Virus record (IMG/VR): IMGVR_UViG_3300013104_000004
Coordinates: 1-64,000 of that record
Direction: 5' to 3' (one strand)
DNA length: 64,000 nt
Source: a virus
Numbering within the stretch: position 1 is the stretch's first letter; every line of letters starts with the position of its first letter. Below the pieces are notes generated by a model that was not told the DNA's origin, searched no databases, and worked only from the letters and a program-made list of their open reading frames with translations. The position numbers and the translations under genes are program-made. Positions 1-10,271 of this stretch are shown piece after piece.

Positions 1-3000
1 CGAGCTCGAAGCCCTTCTTCACGAGCAGCCCTGCACCGGCCACGCCGCCGGCGACACCGAGCAGGCCCAGGTTCGTCAGGCCCGTGAAGCCACGCACACG
101 GCCCAGCGCACCCGTCTGCGCCAGACGCGCCTCCTCAGAGAGGCGGAAGGCCCCACCGGGCTGGAACGGCGCATTGAGCGCCCCGCGGGCGCCCCGAGCG
201 CCCGCCACGACGGCCTGGCCCGGGTTGGTGGCGATCGCACCAGCCACCTGGCCGAGTCGCCCCACCGGTCCGGCAGCGTGAGCACCTGCCGTGGTCCACC
301 CGAGCCGCTGCATCAGCAGCGACGCTGCGTAGACCTCGCCAAGCACCAGGGCCACCGAGCGCAGAGGCCGGGGGATCATGTTCAGGATGTCGAGCAGGCC
401 ATTGCCGGCCTGCACCACGCCGCCGACGGCCTTGACGACCAGCGCCAGCCAGTCGACGAAGCCCAGCTCGACGAGCTTCACTCCGAGCTCGCCGACCTCC
501 GCGCCAACCTGGCGCAGCTGGTTGCCGAAGGAGGCCATCGTCTTCTCGAAGGCGTCCTTGCCGAAGCCCTCCGCACCCTGGGCGCTGCCGGCGAGGTTCT
601 GGATCGTCCCGTACTGCTGAGTCAGGATCGTGGCGACCTGCTGGGAGCCGCCCTTGCCGAACAGCGACGCGAAGCGGTTCAGCTGGTCCGTCGACAGGTC
701 GAGCTTCGAGACGGCCGCGAAGATCTCCTGCAGGTCCATCCCCGACAGGTCGAGGCCGGTGATCTGGGATGCCTTCGGGGCGATCTCGGAGGCGTTGCGG
801 GACAGCAGCTGGCGGAACTGGCCGGCCGTCGCGTCGGGGTTCTGGCCCGTCGTCGTACCGACCTGCGCCGTCAGCGCGGCCAGCATCTGCGGCGTGAAGC
901 CCGCCTGGCTACCGAGGGTCGAGATGTTCGCCACGGCGCCGAGCAGCTGCGTCGGGGCCTGGCCCGTCTGCCGCGAGATGTACGAGATCGTGTCTTCGAG
1001 CTCCGGCAGGCGCTCGATACCCCACCCCATCGAGCGCAGCGCGCCGGCGAGCTGAGTCTGCGTCGCCTGCGGGTCAGCCCCCGAGACGCGCGCCATGCGC
1101 GTCGCGACCTCCGCCGACAGCTGCATCGTGCGCTCCTGCGTGGCCCTGTCGGCCGACGCGGCGCCGTACAGCCCGAGCGCACCCGCGCCCAACGCGACGC
1201 CCTGCGACGACTTGAAGCCGGCGTCCGTGGCCGTCGCGCCCAGCATGTTCGCCGCGTCCTCGTTCTCAGACCGCGAGCGGCCCGTCACGACGTTCAGCGA
1301 CGTCAGGGAGTCCTCGTACGCCAGAGTCTCCTGGGTCATCGTGGACAGGGCCTGCGTGACCATCGTGATGCCGCGGTACGCCGCGCCGTAGAACAGCGAG
1401 ACGCGAGCCGTCTGGCCCACCATCTCCGCGAACGGCCGGTCGTTGTCCGGGCTCGTCCCGAAGCCGCGGCTGAAGCCCGCGCCGAACGAGTCGCCCGAGC
1501 GCACCAGCTCCGGCGACTGCTCAGAGACGCGGCGCGTCGGCAGCCGGCCGGCGCGCAGCTGAGCGTTCCACCAGTCGGCGCCGGCGGCCGTCTGCTCCCG
1601 CGGCATGCTGCCATCGCGATTCCGCAGGTCCGAGCGAGAGACTGACGGGTCCAGCCACGCCAGGTTGCGCTGCAGGTACTCCGCACGCGCGCCCGCTGCG
1701 CGCTCGGCCGCCGAAGCCCCGGTGTCCGGGAGCGTGCGGCGCGCGAGCTGGATCAGGGCGCTCTGGTCGGCCGCCGCCTGGGTCTGCGACGGCAGTGTGC
1801 CGTTCTGGCGGTCGAGGCGCTCGTACATCGCCTCGCGCGGCGACAGGGTGCGGCCACGCGCGCCCACCGCACCCGACGAACCGAGCGCGTTCTCGCGGAT
1901 CTGCCGCGCCGTCTCGCGCACAGCCGCGACGAACTCCGACAGCGCGCCATCCGCCGCCCGAACCTGGCTCAGGCCCACCGAGTCGTTCGCCGCCAGGCCG
2001 TAGGCAGTCGACCGCTGCGCCGGGGACCCACCCGCGGCGAACCACTTGCTCTCCGCGCCGAGCAGCGCCCGCAGGATCGGGCTGTCCGTCATCTGCGTGG
2101 CCTTGGAGCTGAAGACCTGGTCCAGCTCCTGCTGGCGCGACATCGGCCGCCCGAGCATCGTGGGCGCGAGCTGGCTCGCGGGGATGCCCATCAGCTGCTG
2201 CGGCGTCAGGCCGCCCGACAGGGGCGCGATGCCGTAGCCGTTGGCGGCCAGCGCCTTCTGCTGCCGGGCGTTCTCCAGGATCCGCATGCGCAGCGCGTCG
2301 GACCGGGTCGCGGCCAGGTCGCGCTCGTCCGTCGCCGACGGGTCCAACCGGAACAGCCGCTCGTACTCCTCGGGGCGCGTGCGGATGTACCGCGACGCCG
2401 CCTGCGAGTGGCGGTTCGAGACGAGCTCCCCGTCCTGGTTTCGGAACGGCAGGTACGCATTCGGCTCGAAGTCGAACGAGGAGCGGCCGGCCCCCGGGCC
2501 CAGACGGTTCTGCGCGTGCTGCGAGATGTTGCTCGACACCGCGGCCTTGATGGCCTGCATCTCGGCCAGGCGCGCCGCCGTGGCCTCCTTGATGCTCGCG
2601 ATCTCCGCCGCGTACGACTCGTCGACCTTCTGGACCTGGTAGCGCGTCACGCCGAACTGCTCGGCCGCCGCGCGCTGCGGGGTGCCGCCGGCGCGCGCCT
2701 GCGCGATCAGCTGCTCGCGCAGGTTCTTGATCTCGGTCGCGAAGTCAACGTCGGTGCGCTGCACCTGGTAGCGCGAGACGCCCAGGTTGCCGGCCACCGT
2801 GCGCTGCCCGACGTTCAGGGCGCGCTGCTCGATGATCTCCTGCTGGACCTTCGAGACCGGCCGCGAGGCGCCAGGCTGCGACGTCGGCGCGACGGCCCTC
2901 GTGACCGCGTCCTTGACCTGCTCCGTCTTCGGGGACGGCGCCGAGTTGTAGACCCGCATCTGCTGGTCCATCGCAGCCACCGAGCGCGACAGCGTGGTGA

Positions 3001-3712
3001 CCGAGCGGTCCAGCTCGTTCTGGACGATCTTGCGGGCCGCGGCCTCCGACGGCGCGCCCGTGGCGGTCGTAGGCGCCTCGGGCAGCCTGAAGCCGGCGCC
3101 GCGGGCGTACAGCTGTGCAGCCTCCGACCAGCCGACGCCCTGCTTGGCCGAGCCCTGCAGCATCGAGAAGGACGGCTCGATCTTGCCGTCCGGCGACGCG
3201 GTGATGTTGCGCGCGCGGTCCAACTGCTGCTGCGCGCGAGTGCGGCGGGCTGCCAGGTCCTCGTAGGCACGTGCTGTGCGCTCCGCCGCAGCCTGCTCCT
3301 GGCGGAGCCCGAGCACCTCGGCCTGCGAGTAGTTCTGCTTCGTGGCCGCCGGCGAGCCCGTGCGCTGCAGCTCATCGCGCATCCGCGTCAGCTCGGACGC
3401 CAGTTCGCGCTGCTGCCGCAGCTGTGCCGGCGTCAGGCCCGCGTTCGCCAGGACCTTCTCGCCGAACGACGAGCCTGCCAGGTCAGAGAACCCCGCCAGG
3501 GCCCCCTGAAGCCCGCGGTACATCTGCTCCGCGATGTCGCGACCCTTGGCCGCCCACAGGTTCGACCCGCCCTGCGAGGCCGACATCTTCGAGAAGAGCT
3601 CTTCGACCTGGCCGGCGACCGGAGAGAGCGCAGTGAGGAACTGCTGGACACCCTGCTGGCCGTCGTACTCGACCCCCAGGATGAGGTTCTGGTTCTGCGT
3701 CTCGCCGGTCAC
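1..3712 (-). CDS. Tape measure protein (runs off the left edge of the window)
   Basis: GTG at 3712 (MTGETQNQNLILGVEYDG...) opens a long Ala/Gln-rich helical frame; I translated the start and the ~300-1400 segment, which resembles a TP901-type tape-measure core. It lies directly downstream of the tail chaperones. It is absent from the ORF track, presumably because its stop is outside the window. Confidence 0.85.
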   Translation of the reverse strand, partial: MTGETQNQNLILGVEYDGQQGVQQFLTALSPVAGQVEELFSKMSASQGGSNLWAAKGRDIAEQMYRGLQGALAGFSDLAGSSFGEKVLANAGLTPAQLRQQRELASELTRMRDELQRTGSPAATKQNYSQAEVLGLRQEQAAAERTARAYEDLAARRTRAQQQLDRARNITASPDGKIEPSFSMLQGSAKQGVGWSEAAQLYARGAGFRLPEAPTTATGAPSEAAARKIVQNELDRSVTTLSRSVAAMDQQMRVYNSAPSPKTEQVKDAVTRAVAPTSQPGASRPVSKVQQEIIEQRALNVGQRTVAGNLGVSRYQVQRTDVDFATEIKNLREQLIAQARAGGTPQRAAAEQFGVTRYQVQKVDESYAAEIASIKEATAARLAEMQAIKAAVSSNISQHAQNRLGPGAGRSSFDFEPNAYLPFRNQDGELVSNRHSQAASRYIRTRPEEYERLFRLDPSATDERDLAATRSDALRMRILENARQQKALAANGYGIAPLSGGLTPQQLMGIPASQLAPTMLGRPMSRQQELDQVFSSKATQMTDSPILRALLGAESKWFAAGGSPAQRSTAYGLAANDSVGLSQVRAADGALSEFVAAVRETARQIRENALGSSGAVGARGRTLSPREAMYERLDRQNGTLPSQTQAAADQSALIQLARRTLPDTGASAAERAAGARAEYLQRNLAWLDPSVSRSDLRNRDGSMPREQTAAGADWWNAQLRAGRLPTRRVSEQSPELVRSGDSFGAGFSRGFGTSPDNDRPFAEMVGQTARVSLFYGAAYRGITMVTQALSTMTQETLAYEDSLTSLNVVTGRSRSENEDAANMLGATATDAGFKSSQGVALGAGALGLYGAASADRATQERTMQLSAEVATRMARVSGADPQATQTQLAGALRSMGWGIERLPELEDTISYISRQTGQAPTQLLGAVANISTLGSQAGFTPQMLAALTAQVGTTTGQNPDATAGQFRQLLSRNASEIAPKASQITGLDLSGMDLQEIFAAVSKLDLSTDQLNRFASLFGKGGSQQVATILTQQYGTIQNLAGSAQGAEGFGKDAFEKTMASFGNQLRQVGAEVGELGVKLVELGFVDWLALVVKAVGGVVQAGNGLLDILNMIPRPLRSVALVLGEVYAASLLMQRLGWTTAGAHAAGPVGRLGQVAGAIATNPGQAVVAGARGARGALNAPFQPGGAFRLSEEARLAQTGALGRVRGFTGLTNLGLLGVAGGVAGAGLLVKKGFEL

Positions 3713-3723
3713 CGGCCACCCAC

Positions 3724-4059
3724 CTATCTCAGATTTGCAACGTCAGGGTCCGAGTAGCCATCAGCCAGTTCCTCACCCGAGTCGATCGACTCCAACCCGG
3801 CCGCCCGGTCCTTAGAGCGCTGCCTGACGGACTTGAACCAGTCGTCGAGGTGCTCCGTCGAGTGCCAGTACTCCTGCGGCGGGACCATGTCCTCGCTCAG
3901 CTCCAAGAACCCCAGCACCGTCAGGGCGGCGTTGACCGCCGCGAGCAGCTCCCAGCTCGCCTGGGTTACATCTCCACCGGGGAAGAAGGAACCGAGGCCT
4001 CCTGCACTGCGCGCTGCCCCGACGGCCCGGAGGAAACCGACGGAGCGCCCGAGTTTCCC
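3724..4059 (-). CDS. Tail assembly chaperone, -1 frameshift extension (gpGT-like C-terminal part)
   Basis: The frame of ORF 3724..3918 stays open upstream to a G GGA AAC slippery site (plus strand gtttccc, 4053-4059) inside the chaperone gene. Confidence 0.75.
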   Translation of the reverse strand, partial: GKLGRSVGFLRAVGAARSAGGLGSFFPGGDVTQASWELLAAVNAALTVLGFLELSEDMVPPQEYWHSTEHLDDWFKSVRQRSKDRAAGLESIDSGEELADGYSDPDVANLR

Positions 4060-4805
4060 GCTTCGTCATCCGACATCTGGCGGTTCAGGACCTCCACGGC
4101 CTCGTTGAGCACCGCGTCCGGCAACGACGTGACATCCGCGCGGGAGTCCAGGAGGCGCACCGAGTGGTCGCAGCCCTTGTGCACCCACCCGTCGCCGTCC
4201 GAGACCGCCGAGCAGTCGCGAAGCGCGAAGAACAGCTCCGTCTGGCGCATGCCCTCACGGAACGCGTGCACGCCCGTCATGTTGCGGAACTGCTCGACGT
4301 AGAGCTTCTCCAGCTCCTCGCGGGTCGAGCCCTGCAGCTCGTCGTTGTACTCGATGGCAAGGCGTGCCCGGATCTTGTGCACCGCGGCGTCGAACTCCCG
4401 CGAGACCTCCTCCAGGGCGGCCGCCTGCGCGTCCGTCGCACCGTCCAGGTCGGCGCGGTCCAGCGCCTCCAGGCGCTCCTGCCAGGCCTTGTCGGTGCGG
4501 ACCTCGTTGCGCGCCAGGCGCAGGTGCTCCATCTCGCGGTCGTACATCAGGACCTGGATGATCTCCGCGTCCGACGTCGACCGCACCACCTCGTCGAGGG
4601 CGATCTTCTGGTCCGGGTCGCGGTCGAACGCGATGACCTGACGAGCACGGTGCGCACGCGCATCGCGCATGGCCTCCTCGTGCTCGAAGGAGTTCAGCTT
4701 GCTGACCCACACCGTGATCGGGCCACCCTTCGGATCCTCGATCTCAATGACCTCGCCGAGGTCGAAGAGCTCCTGGATCCGGCGGAACTTGGTCTTGGCT
4801 CCCAC
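3966..4805 (-). CDS. Tail assembly chaperone (gpG-like)
   Basis: 279 aa, between major tail and tape measure genes, with a slippery heptamer near its 3' end. Confidence 0.8.
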   Translation of the reverse strand: MGAKTKFRRIQELFDLGEVIEIEDPKGGPITVWVSKLNSFEHEEAMRDARAHRARQVIAFDRDPDQKIALDEVVRSTSDAEIIQVLMYDREMEHLRLARNEVRTDKAWQERLEALDRADLDGATDAQAAALEEVSREFDAAVHKIRARLAIEYNDELQGSTREELEKLYVEQFRNMTGVHAFREGMRQTELFFALRDCSAVSDGDGWVHKGCDHSVRLLDSRADVTSLPDAVLNEAVEVLNRQMSDDEAGNSGAPSVSSGPSGQRAVQEASVPSSPVEM

Positions 4806-4910
4806 AACTACTCCCTGGTCTGTTCCGTGCCTCGCGGCTGGGCTCGCGCCCCTGCTCCTGATGACCGACGGGGGGCCGGGTTGCCCCGACCCCCCTCATG
4901 CACGCCTCGG

Positions 4911-6395
4911 TCAGGCGTAGGTGAACTTGCCGGCCGGGGTCGCCGTGGAGACGCCCTTGCCGTTCGTGACCGTCACGTCGACGGTGTCGGCACCTGCGGG
5001 GACGACGGCGGTGATCTGCCGGCCCGAGTCGACGGTGTAGGACGTGGCCGGCACGGCCCCGAACTTGACGGCCGTGACACCGACGAAGTTGGTGCCGAGG
5101 ATCTTGACCGAGTCCCCAGCCGCACCCTCCGAGTCGCTGAGCTCGGCCACCAGGGGCTTCGTCAGGTCGCGGAAGATGAGCAGCTCGCCCGAGTCCGACT
5201 CCCAGTTGAGCGTCACCGTGACGTTCGCGTTGGGGCGGGGGGAGTAGCCGGGCACCGAGAACGTCGCGTCCTTGCAGTGCAGACGCTTCAGCGTGATGCC
5301 GCCGTTGGCGCCGTCCTTCAGGACGACGTCGAGCGCCAGCGGGACCGCCGTCGAGGCACCGATGGACGCGGTCGCCGACGTGATGCCGGTGATCTCCCGC
5401 AGCTTGCGGAAGAGGTCGTCGGTGTTGCGGGGAAGGATGTCGACGGTGCCCGACACGGTCGGGACCTCGAAGTCCTTGGAGACGGCGAAGTAGTTGCCGA
5501 ACTCCTCCTCGGTCTCCAGCGTCACGCGCCAGTCGACCGTCACGGACTGCACGCCGGTCCACTTGTGAACCGCCGAGCCCTCGATGTCCTCGGGGTCGTA
5601 GCCCCCGATGTAGACGTCGATGTCCTTGCCGCGCACGGCCGCCGGCTTCAGCGTCGCCGGGGTGTGCACCGCCTGGGGGTACTCGCGAGCGTCGGGCGAC
5701 GCGTACATCACGCGGATCCGCTCGGTGACCGGCACCGGGTTGGTGAGCGTGATGGTCACCGGCGCAGCGTCGCCGACCAGCACGCCGTCTTCCAGCTGGT
5801 AGTCCGGGCCGAAGCTCAGGCGCTCCACGCCCACGACCACGGCCAGGATCCGGCGCGTGCCGTTGCCGTCCGTGTACGTGTACGCCGGGTGCGTGGTCGC
5901 GATCTCCTGGCCAGCGACGCCCGTGCCGACGAACTCGTCGACGTAGGTCGGACCCTGGTTGTAGAAGATCGAGTCCCCGCGGAACGAGAACGTCTGGCTC
6001 GCGTTGTCGCGCAGCCCGAAGCGGTACGAGGCCGACTCGATCGTGAGGTAGGGGATGCCCACCGACTTCGCGATCGAGAACGCGTTGTCCTGCTTCTGGC
6101 CCGGCTTGATCTGCGTCGCGATGTTCAGCGGGCGCGCCGTGGCGAGGTTGATCCCCGTGTCCGTGCCGGGATCGATGTCGCAGATGAGCGCCTCGGTGTC
6201 CGTGGACACGTCGAGCGACTCCATCGTGAACGTCAGGTCCGGCGTGTCGCGGAGCGTCGCCACGGACTCGTAGTTGCCGAGCTCGTAGATCTTCTCCGTG
6301 GGGATGTTCAGGGTCCCAGGACCCGAGTTCTGCAGGCGCTCGACCAGGACGCGGTCGTGGCCCGTGGTGATGAACGATCCGGCCTTCAGTGCCAA
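4911..6395 (-). CDS. Major tail (tube) protein with C-terminal IPT/TIG Ig-like domain
   Basis: 494 aa, beta-rich and Thr/Val-rich. C-terminus GDSVKILGTNFVGVTAVKFG...ITAVVPAG...VTVTNGKG is typical of IPT/TIG. Synteny supports the call. Confidence 0.85.
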   Translation of the reverse strand: MALKAGSFITTGHDRVLVERLQNSGPGTLNIPTEKIYELGNYESVATLRDTPDLTFTMESLDVSTDTEALICDIDPGTDTGINLATARPLNIATQIKPGQKQDNAFSIAKSVGIPYLTIESASYRFGLRDNASQTFSFRGDSIFYNQGPTYVDEFVGTGVAGQEIATTHPAYTYTDGNGTRRILAVVVGVERLSFGPDYQLEDGVLVGDAAPVTITLTNPVPVTERIRVMYASPDAREYPQAVHTPATLKPAAVRGKDIDVYIGGYDPEDIEGSAVHKWTGVQSVTVDWRVTLETEEEFGNYFAVSKDFEVPTVSGTVDILPRNTDDLFRKLREITGITSATASIGASTAVPLALDVVLKDGANGGITLKRLHCKDATFSVPGYSPRPNANVTVTLNWESDSGELLIFRDLTKPLVAELSDSEGAAGDSVKILGTNFVGVTAVKFGAVPATSYTVDSGRQITAVVPAGADTVDVTVTNGKGVSTATPAGKFTYA

Positions 6396-6551
6396 GGATC
6401 TGCCCTCCTACGTCCGTGGCCCAGCGGGGCCGTAGCTCTTGACGCCCCATGGCATCGACCGCCGAGGCCGCGACCGCGTGCTCTCGCTGTTCAGCACGTG
6501 CCCAGCGCGGCAGGCTGGCGCCCGCGCTCGGCGGCGCGCGAAGATCTCCCC

Positions 6552-7049
6552 ATGACCGTCGACGTGTGGGACCGGATTGCCCGTGTGGGCGAGACGCCCA
6601 CCCCTCAGCAGCCCAAGCGGCTCGCGCGCAGAGACCTGCGCGTCGGTGAGCGGCTGCCTGCGCACATCGTCGAGGTCACCGCCGAGCAGCTGCTCGTGCC
6701 GCGCGGCACCCGTCTGAGCGCCGTCCCGGAGTACCTGCGGTCGGTGCCGGGGACGTTCGAGGGTCGCATCCCGATGCGCTCAGGCGACTCGCCGTACTGG
6801 CTCGCGCTGTGCGCCGCCGCCCCGCGCCGGCTGTTCGAGCGCGGGTTCGCGCCGATCTGGCTCGCCACGCACCTCGCGGTACAGGAGCAGGTCGACATCG
6901 CCGAGGACTACACGCCGAAGCCCGGCCCTGAGACTGTGCCGAACATGCGCATCGAGCGGGCCGCCTCCCTCGACGCCATCGCGCCCTGGCTCGACGCCGC
7001 GCACGACGCACTCGCCGCCTCGCGCAAGGGGCTCAGAGGAAGGCTCTGA
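6552..7049 (+). CDS. Hypothetical protein, lone plus-strand gene within the tail operon
   Basis: C-terminal 165 aa (MTVDVWDRIAR...) of track ORF 4164..7049. Protein-like composition, fills the gap between minus-strand genes, and is preceded by the operator-like motif at 6491. Confidence 0.6.
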   Translation: MTVDVWDRIARVGETPTPQQPKRLARRDLRVGERLPAHIVEVTAEQLLVPRGTRLSAVPEYLRSVPGTFEGRIPMRSGDSPYWLALCAAAPRRLFERGFAPIWLATHLAVQEQVDIAEDYTPKPGPETVPNMRIERAASLDAIAPWLDAAHDALAASRKGLRGRL

Positions 7050-7839
7050 TCCCAGACCGGGAGCGCGGCACGCCGCTGAGCGGCAGCCCGAGCACCTCGG
7101 AGATCGCCTGCCGCATCGCCTGCAGCGCGCGGGTCTGGATCTTCGCGTCGTTCCACGCCCGCTTGAAGTACTGCTGCTCGCGGATCTCGTTGCGGATCAC
7201 GCCCTTGCGGGCCACCGAGCGCAGGTCGCCCATGAACCCGCCCTTGCCGGCGCGGGCCATCGCCATCGCCGAGCTGCGGGTCGCCTTCGAGTACGGCATG
7301 AACTTGCCGTTCCGCCGGCCAGCCTCGTGCCGCTCGAACGGGCCGTTCGGCACCGCGTACACGTTGCCCTTGCGGCTCCTGGCGTACTGCCCGGTGAAGC
7401 CCCAGCCCCACGCGCCCCACAGCACCTGGCCGACGTGGATCATCGTGCCCTGGTCGATCTGGCGCCAGTACTTCGCGTCGGAGCGGTCCAGGAACTTGGG
7501 GTCGCCGACGCCGAAGCGGTAGCGCTCGACGCGGCGGTTGCGAGGATCGGCCAGCGCGCGCGACAGGCGGCCTGTGCTGGCCTCGCGGCGCTCCTTGACG
7601 CGGGTCTCGTCGAAGGCGTCCACCAGCGCCTCCTGCAGCTCCTGGGCGAGCTTCGAGCTGGCGCGCTCCAGGATGGCGCCGACCTGCTCCCAGGCGTGGT
7701 TGTAGCCCGAGCGCTTCGCAGCGAACGCGAGGTAGTCCGGCAGGCCCACCGTGAGGACCAGCCCGTACCGGGTGCGGAACCGCAGTGTCGTGGCGGCGCC
7801 GCGGCCGCCGGCGCGGGCGCCTGACGTGTAGGTCGCCAC
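7033..7839 (-). CDS. Putative neck/tail-completion protein (HK97 gp10-like position)
   Basis: Basic 268 aa protein with STGRLSRAL and GTMIHVG segments, in the neck gene cluster. Confidence 0.5.
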   Translation of the reverse strand: MATYTSGARAGGRGAATTLRFRTRYGLVLTVGLPDYLAFAAKRSGYNHAWEQVGAILERASSKLAQELQEALVDAFDETRVKERREASTGRLSRALADPRNRRVERYRFGVGDPKFLDRSDAKYWRQIDQGTMIHVGQVLWGAWGWGFTGQYARSRKGNVYAVPNGPFERHEAGRRNGKFMPYSKATRSSAMAMARAGKGGFMGDLRSVARKGVIRNEIREQQYFKRAWNDAKIQTRALQAMRQAISEVLGLPLSGVPRSRSGIRAFL

Positions 7840-7842
7840 GGG

Positions 7843-8103
7843 CTAGTCGCTGGCGGTCTGCGCGTTGATCTGGTGCAGGAGGCGCAGAGCCTCCTCGTTC
7901 ACGACCCACCCCTTGTTGCAGGCGCGGATGCAGTCGAGCGTGAAGTCCGAGAACACCCCGACGCTCGTGAGCACCTTCTTGCGCACCTGGGCCTGCTGGA
8001 GCGGTGTGAGGTCCGGGTAGATCTCGCGCTCCATGAAGCCGAGGATCGAGCCGACCAGGCGGCGGCGCTGCTCGCCAACGAGCTCGGTGACGACGTCGCT
8101 CAC
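7843..8103 (-). CDS. Hypothetical virion-region protein
   Basis: 86 aa, overlaps the upstream gene by 4 nt. Confidence 0.6.
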   Translation of the reverse strand: MSDVVTELVGEQRRRLVGSILGFMEREIYPDLTPLQQAQVRKKVLTSVGVFSDFTLDCIRACNKGWVVNEEALRLLHQINAQTASD

Positions 8104-8603
8104 GTCTGGTCACCGCCGAAGTCCAGGACCAGGGTCGCCTTGACCGACTGCCAGGCGCCCAGGTCGGGGTTCGGCTGCTCGCGCACGACGTCGTCGAACT
8201 CGCCGAGGAAGCCCGGCAGCGCCTGGTCTGTCGCGGGGTTGGTGGGCCGCAGGAAGCGGGTGCCGCCGATCAGGCCGGCGAGCCGGTCCTTCAGGTCCGC
8301 CGCGATCGCCAGGGCGATGCCGTCGTTCTCCGCGAGGATGTCCACGAACAGCACGTGCTCAACGCGGAGCAGGCCGCCGCCGAGCTGCATGTCCTCGTAG
8401 TCTGCCTCGTCCCCGTGGGAGATGAACACCACGTTGCCGCTGACCGGCTTCAGCTCGGCCTGCTTCGGCGGCCGCAGCATCACCGTCACCGGCTGCGCAC
8501 CGAACGGCACGTTCGGGCCGCACCAGCCGAACTCGTCGAGGAAGGTCGACACGACCGCCTCCATGGACGCTCGCACATAGCGAGCCGCGTGGCGCACGTA
8601 CAT
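8100..8603 (-). CDS. Putative tail terminator
   Basis: ATG at 8603 (MYVRHAARY...) coupled to the upstream stop. Size and position are typical. Confidence 0.5.
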   Translation of the reverse strand: MYVRHAARYVRASMEAVVSTFLDEFGWCGPNVPFGAQPVTVMLRPPKQAELKPVSGNVVFISHGDEADYEDMQLGGGLLRVEHVLFVDILAENDGIALAIAADLKDRLAGLIGGTRFLRPTNPATDQALPGFLGEFDDVVREQPNPDLGAWQSVKATLVLDFGGDQT

Positions 8604-9064
8604 CAGACCTGGTCCTCCGTGCGGCACTCCAGCTGCCAGACCCCGACCACGTCGAGGTTCGGCTGCGCGAGCACCTTGTTGTAGAAGTAGGGCACCGGTT
8701 CCGCCTGCGCGGCCAGCCAGAGGTTCACGTAGGAGAAGCCCTTGACGAGCGCGTACTCCTCGTCGAGCAAGGTCACGACGATCGAGCCGGGCTGCAGCTG
8801 GCCGAACCGCCCGTCAGTGTTTGCCTCGGCCGCGGTCTCGATGACGCACAGCGGGCGCACCCTCGTGGTCTCGACCGTCGGCGCCACGACGTTCAGGTCC
8901 CAGGGCACCCCGGACGCATCTGCTGTTGCGGGGTCCGCAACAGCAGGAGCCTCGATGACGAACTCCGGCCGGCGCGCCTCCTCGACGGGCATGCCCAGCC
9001 CCATCGCCGTGCGGATGCCAGCGCGGAACGCGGCTGCCGGGAAGCCCGGGAGCGTGGCCGCCAT
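8603..9064 (-). CDS. Putative head-tail stopper/closure protein
   Basis: MAATLPGFPAAAFRAGIR..., coupled to both neighbours; synteny. Confidence 0.5.
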   Translation of the reverse strand: MAATLPGFPAAAFRAGIRTAMGLGMPVEEARRPEFVIEAPAVADPATADASGVPWDLNVVAPTVETTRVRPLCVIETAAEANTDGRFGQLQPGSIVVTLLDEEYALVKGFSYVNLWLAAQAEPVPYFYNKVLAQPNLDVVGVWQLECRTEDQV

Positions 9065-9576
9065 CAGAAGACGTCCCACTTCGGCAGCGCGAGCTCGTAG
9101 GCGAAGAAGCCGCCGTACAGGTTGTGCGCGGAACCGCGCGACACGTACCCCTCCAGGACGAACGTCGACGTGCCGCGGTTGCGCTGGGCGTTGGCCAGCA
9201 GCTCCGCGCGTCGCAGCCGCAGCTGCTTCAGATCCTCCGCGAGCACGGAGGCCGCCACCGACGTCTCCATCTCCACCGGCCCGGCCTTGTACCGGGCCTG
9301 GGACGCGAGGCCACGGATCTGCTGGCGCACCAGGCGCTCGCCGGCGTAGATGACCACCAGGGCGGCCCCGGCCACCGACAGGTCCGGCGTGGTCTCCTGG
9401 CCGTCGACGTCCAGCTCCAGCGAGCCGAAGAAGCCGTCCAGCTGGGCCGCGGCGAACGCGTCGCACAGGGCCCCACGGATCTCCGTGTCCGTCACCGTCG
9501 GGTAGGCGTCCGAGAATGCCCCAGGGACGGCCGCCTCGCGCTTGTACGCGCCGACCAGGTCGCTCATCGCCGTCAT
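9064..9576 (-). CDS. Putative head-tail adaptor
   Basis: MTAMSDLVGAYKREAAVPG...; helical ~170 aa protein downstream of the capsid cluster. The ATG is 9 nt after a late-promoter motif. Confidence 0.55.
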   Translation of the reverse strand: MTAMSDLVGAYKREAAVPGAFSDAYPTVTDTEIRGALCDAFAAAQLDGFFGSLELDVDGQETTPDLSVAGAALVVIYAGERLVRQQIRGLASQARYKAGPVEMETSVAASVLAEDLKQLRLRRAELLANAQRNRGTSTFVLEGYVSRGSAHNLYGGFFAYELALPKWDVF

Positions 9577-9770
9577 GCCCGTGTTCATCGACCCAGGGCG
9601 CACGAGAGCCCCGCGCGGACCGCGTCGCAGTCGGTCCGGGCGGGGCTCAGGTGGTGGAGCAGGTGGGCGCAGGGCGCGCTGATGGCAGGAGGTGGAGACA
9701 CCGGGTGTGACCTCCCCAGCGGCCTTCACGGGTTACTGAAACCGTCCGGCCCCGTGTTGACGCCGCCCGC

Positions 9771-10271
9771 TCAGCTCGGGTCGGACAGCAGCTCCTTGCC
9801 GGTGCTGGTCTGGCCGCCGTGACGGAACTGGTCCGCCACCCACTGCGTCACGAAGTTCAGCTGGGGCACCGTCGCCGTGGTGTCGTCGGCCTCCACGAGC
9901 GCCTTCAGGCGGCGGGCGTTGCGCTCGTCGAGCTTCTTGACCGCCGACTGGAACGCCATGCCGTTCTTCGCGAGCAGCAGCAGGAGGTCCTTGTCCGTGA
10001 GGGCCTGCTCGGCGTCGTACTCCTCCGGCAGCTCCTCCTCGGCGCGCTCGTCGACGCGCTTGGCGCGCCCGTTCAGGAACGGGTCGTTCTTGGGGTCCGC
10101 GTGGTTCGAGCTGTTCAGCTCGCGGTCGTCCGTCGAGATGCGGAACTGCTGGTCGGGCCGGGCGTGGACCGTACGCTCCTTGCCCTTGGCGTCCGTGACG
10201 GTGTACCAGAGACGGCCACCCAGCGTGTTGACCCAGACCTCTTCGCCCTCGCGGGCCTTGACTCCGCTCAC
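9771..10271 (-). CDS. Hypothetical head-region protein
   Basis: GTG at 10271 preceded by AGGAGG; 166 aa. Confidence 0.65.
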   Translation of the reverse strand: MSGVKAREGEEVWVNTLGGRLWYTVTDAKGKERTVHARPDQQFRISTDDRELNSSNHADPKNDPFLNGRAKRVDERAEEELPEEYDAEQALTDKDLLLLLAKNGMAFQSAVKKLDERNARRLKALVEADDTTATVPQLNFVTQWVADQFRHGGQTSTGKELLSDPS

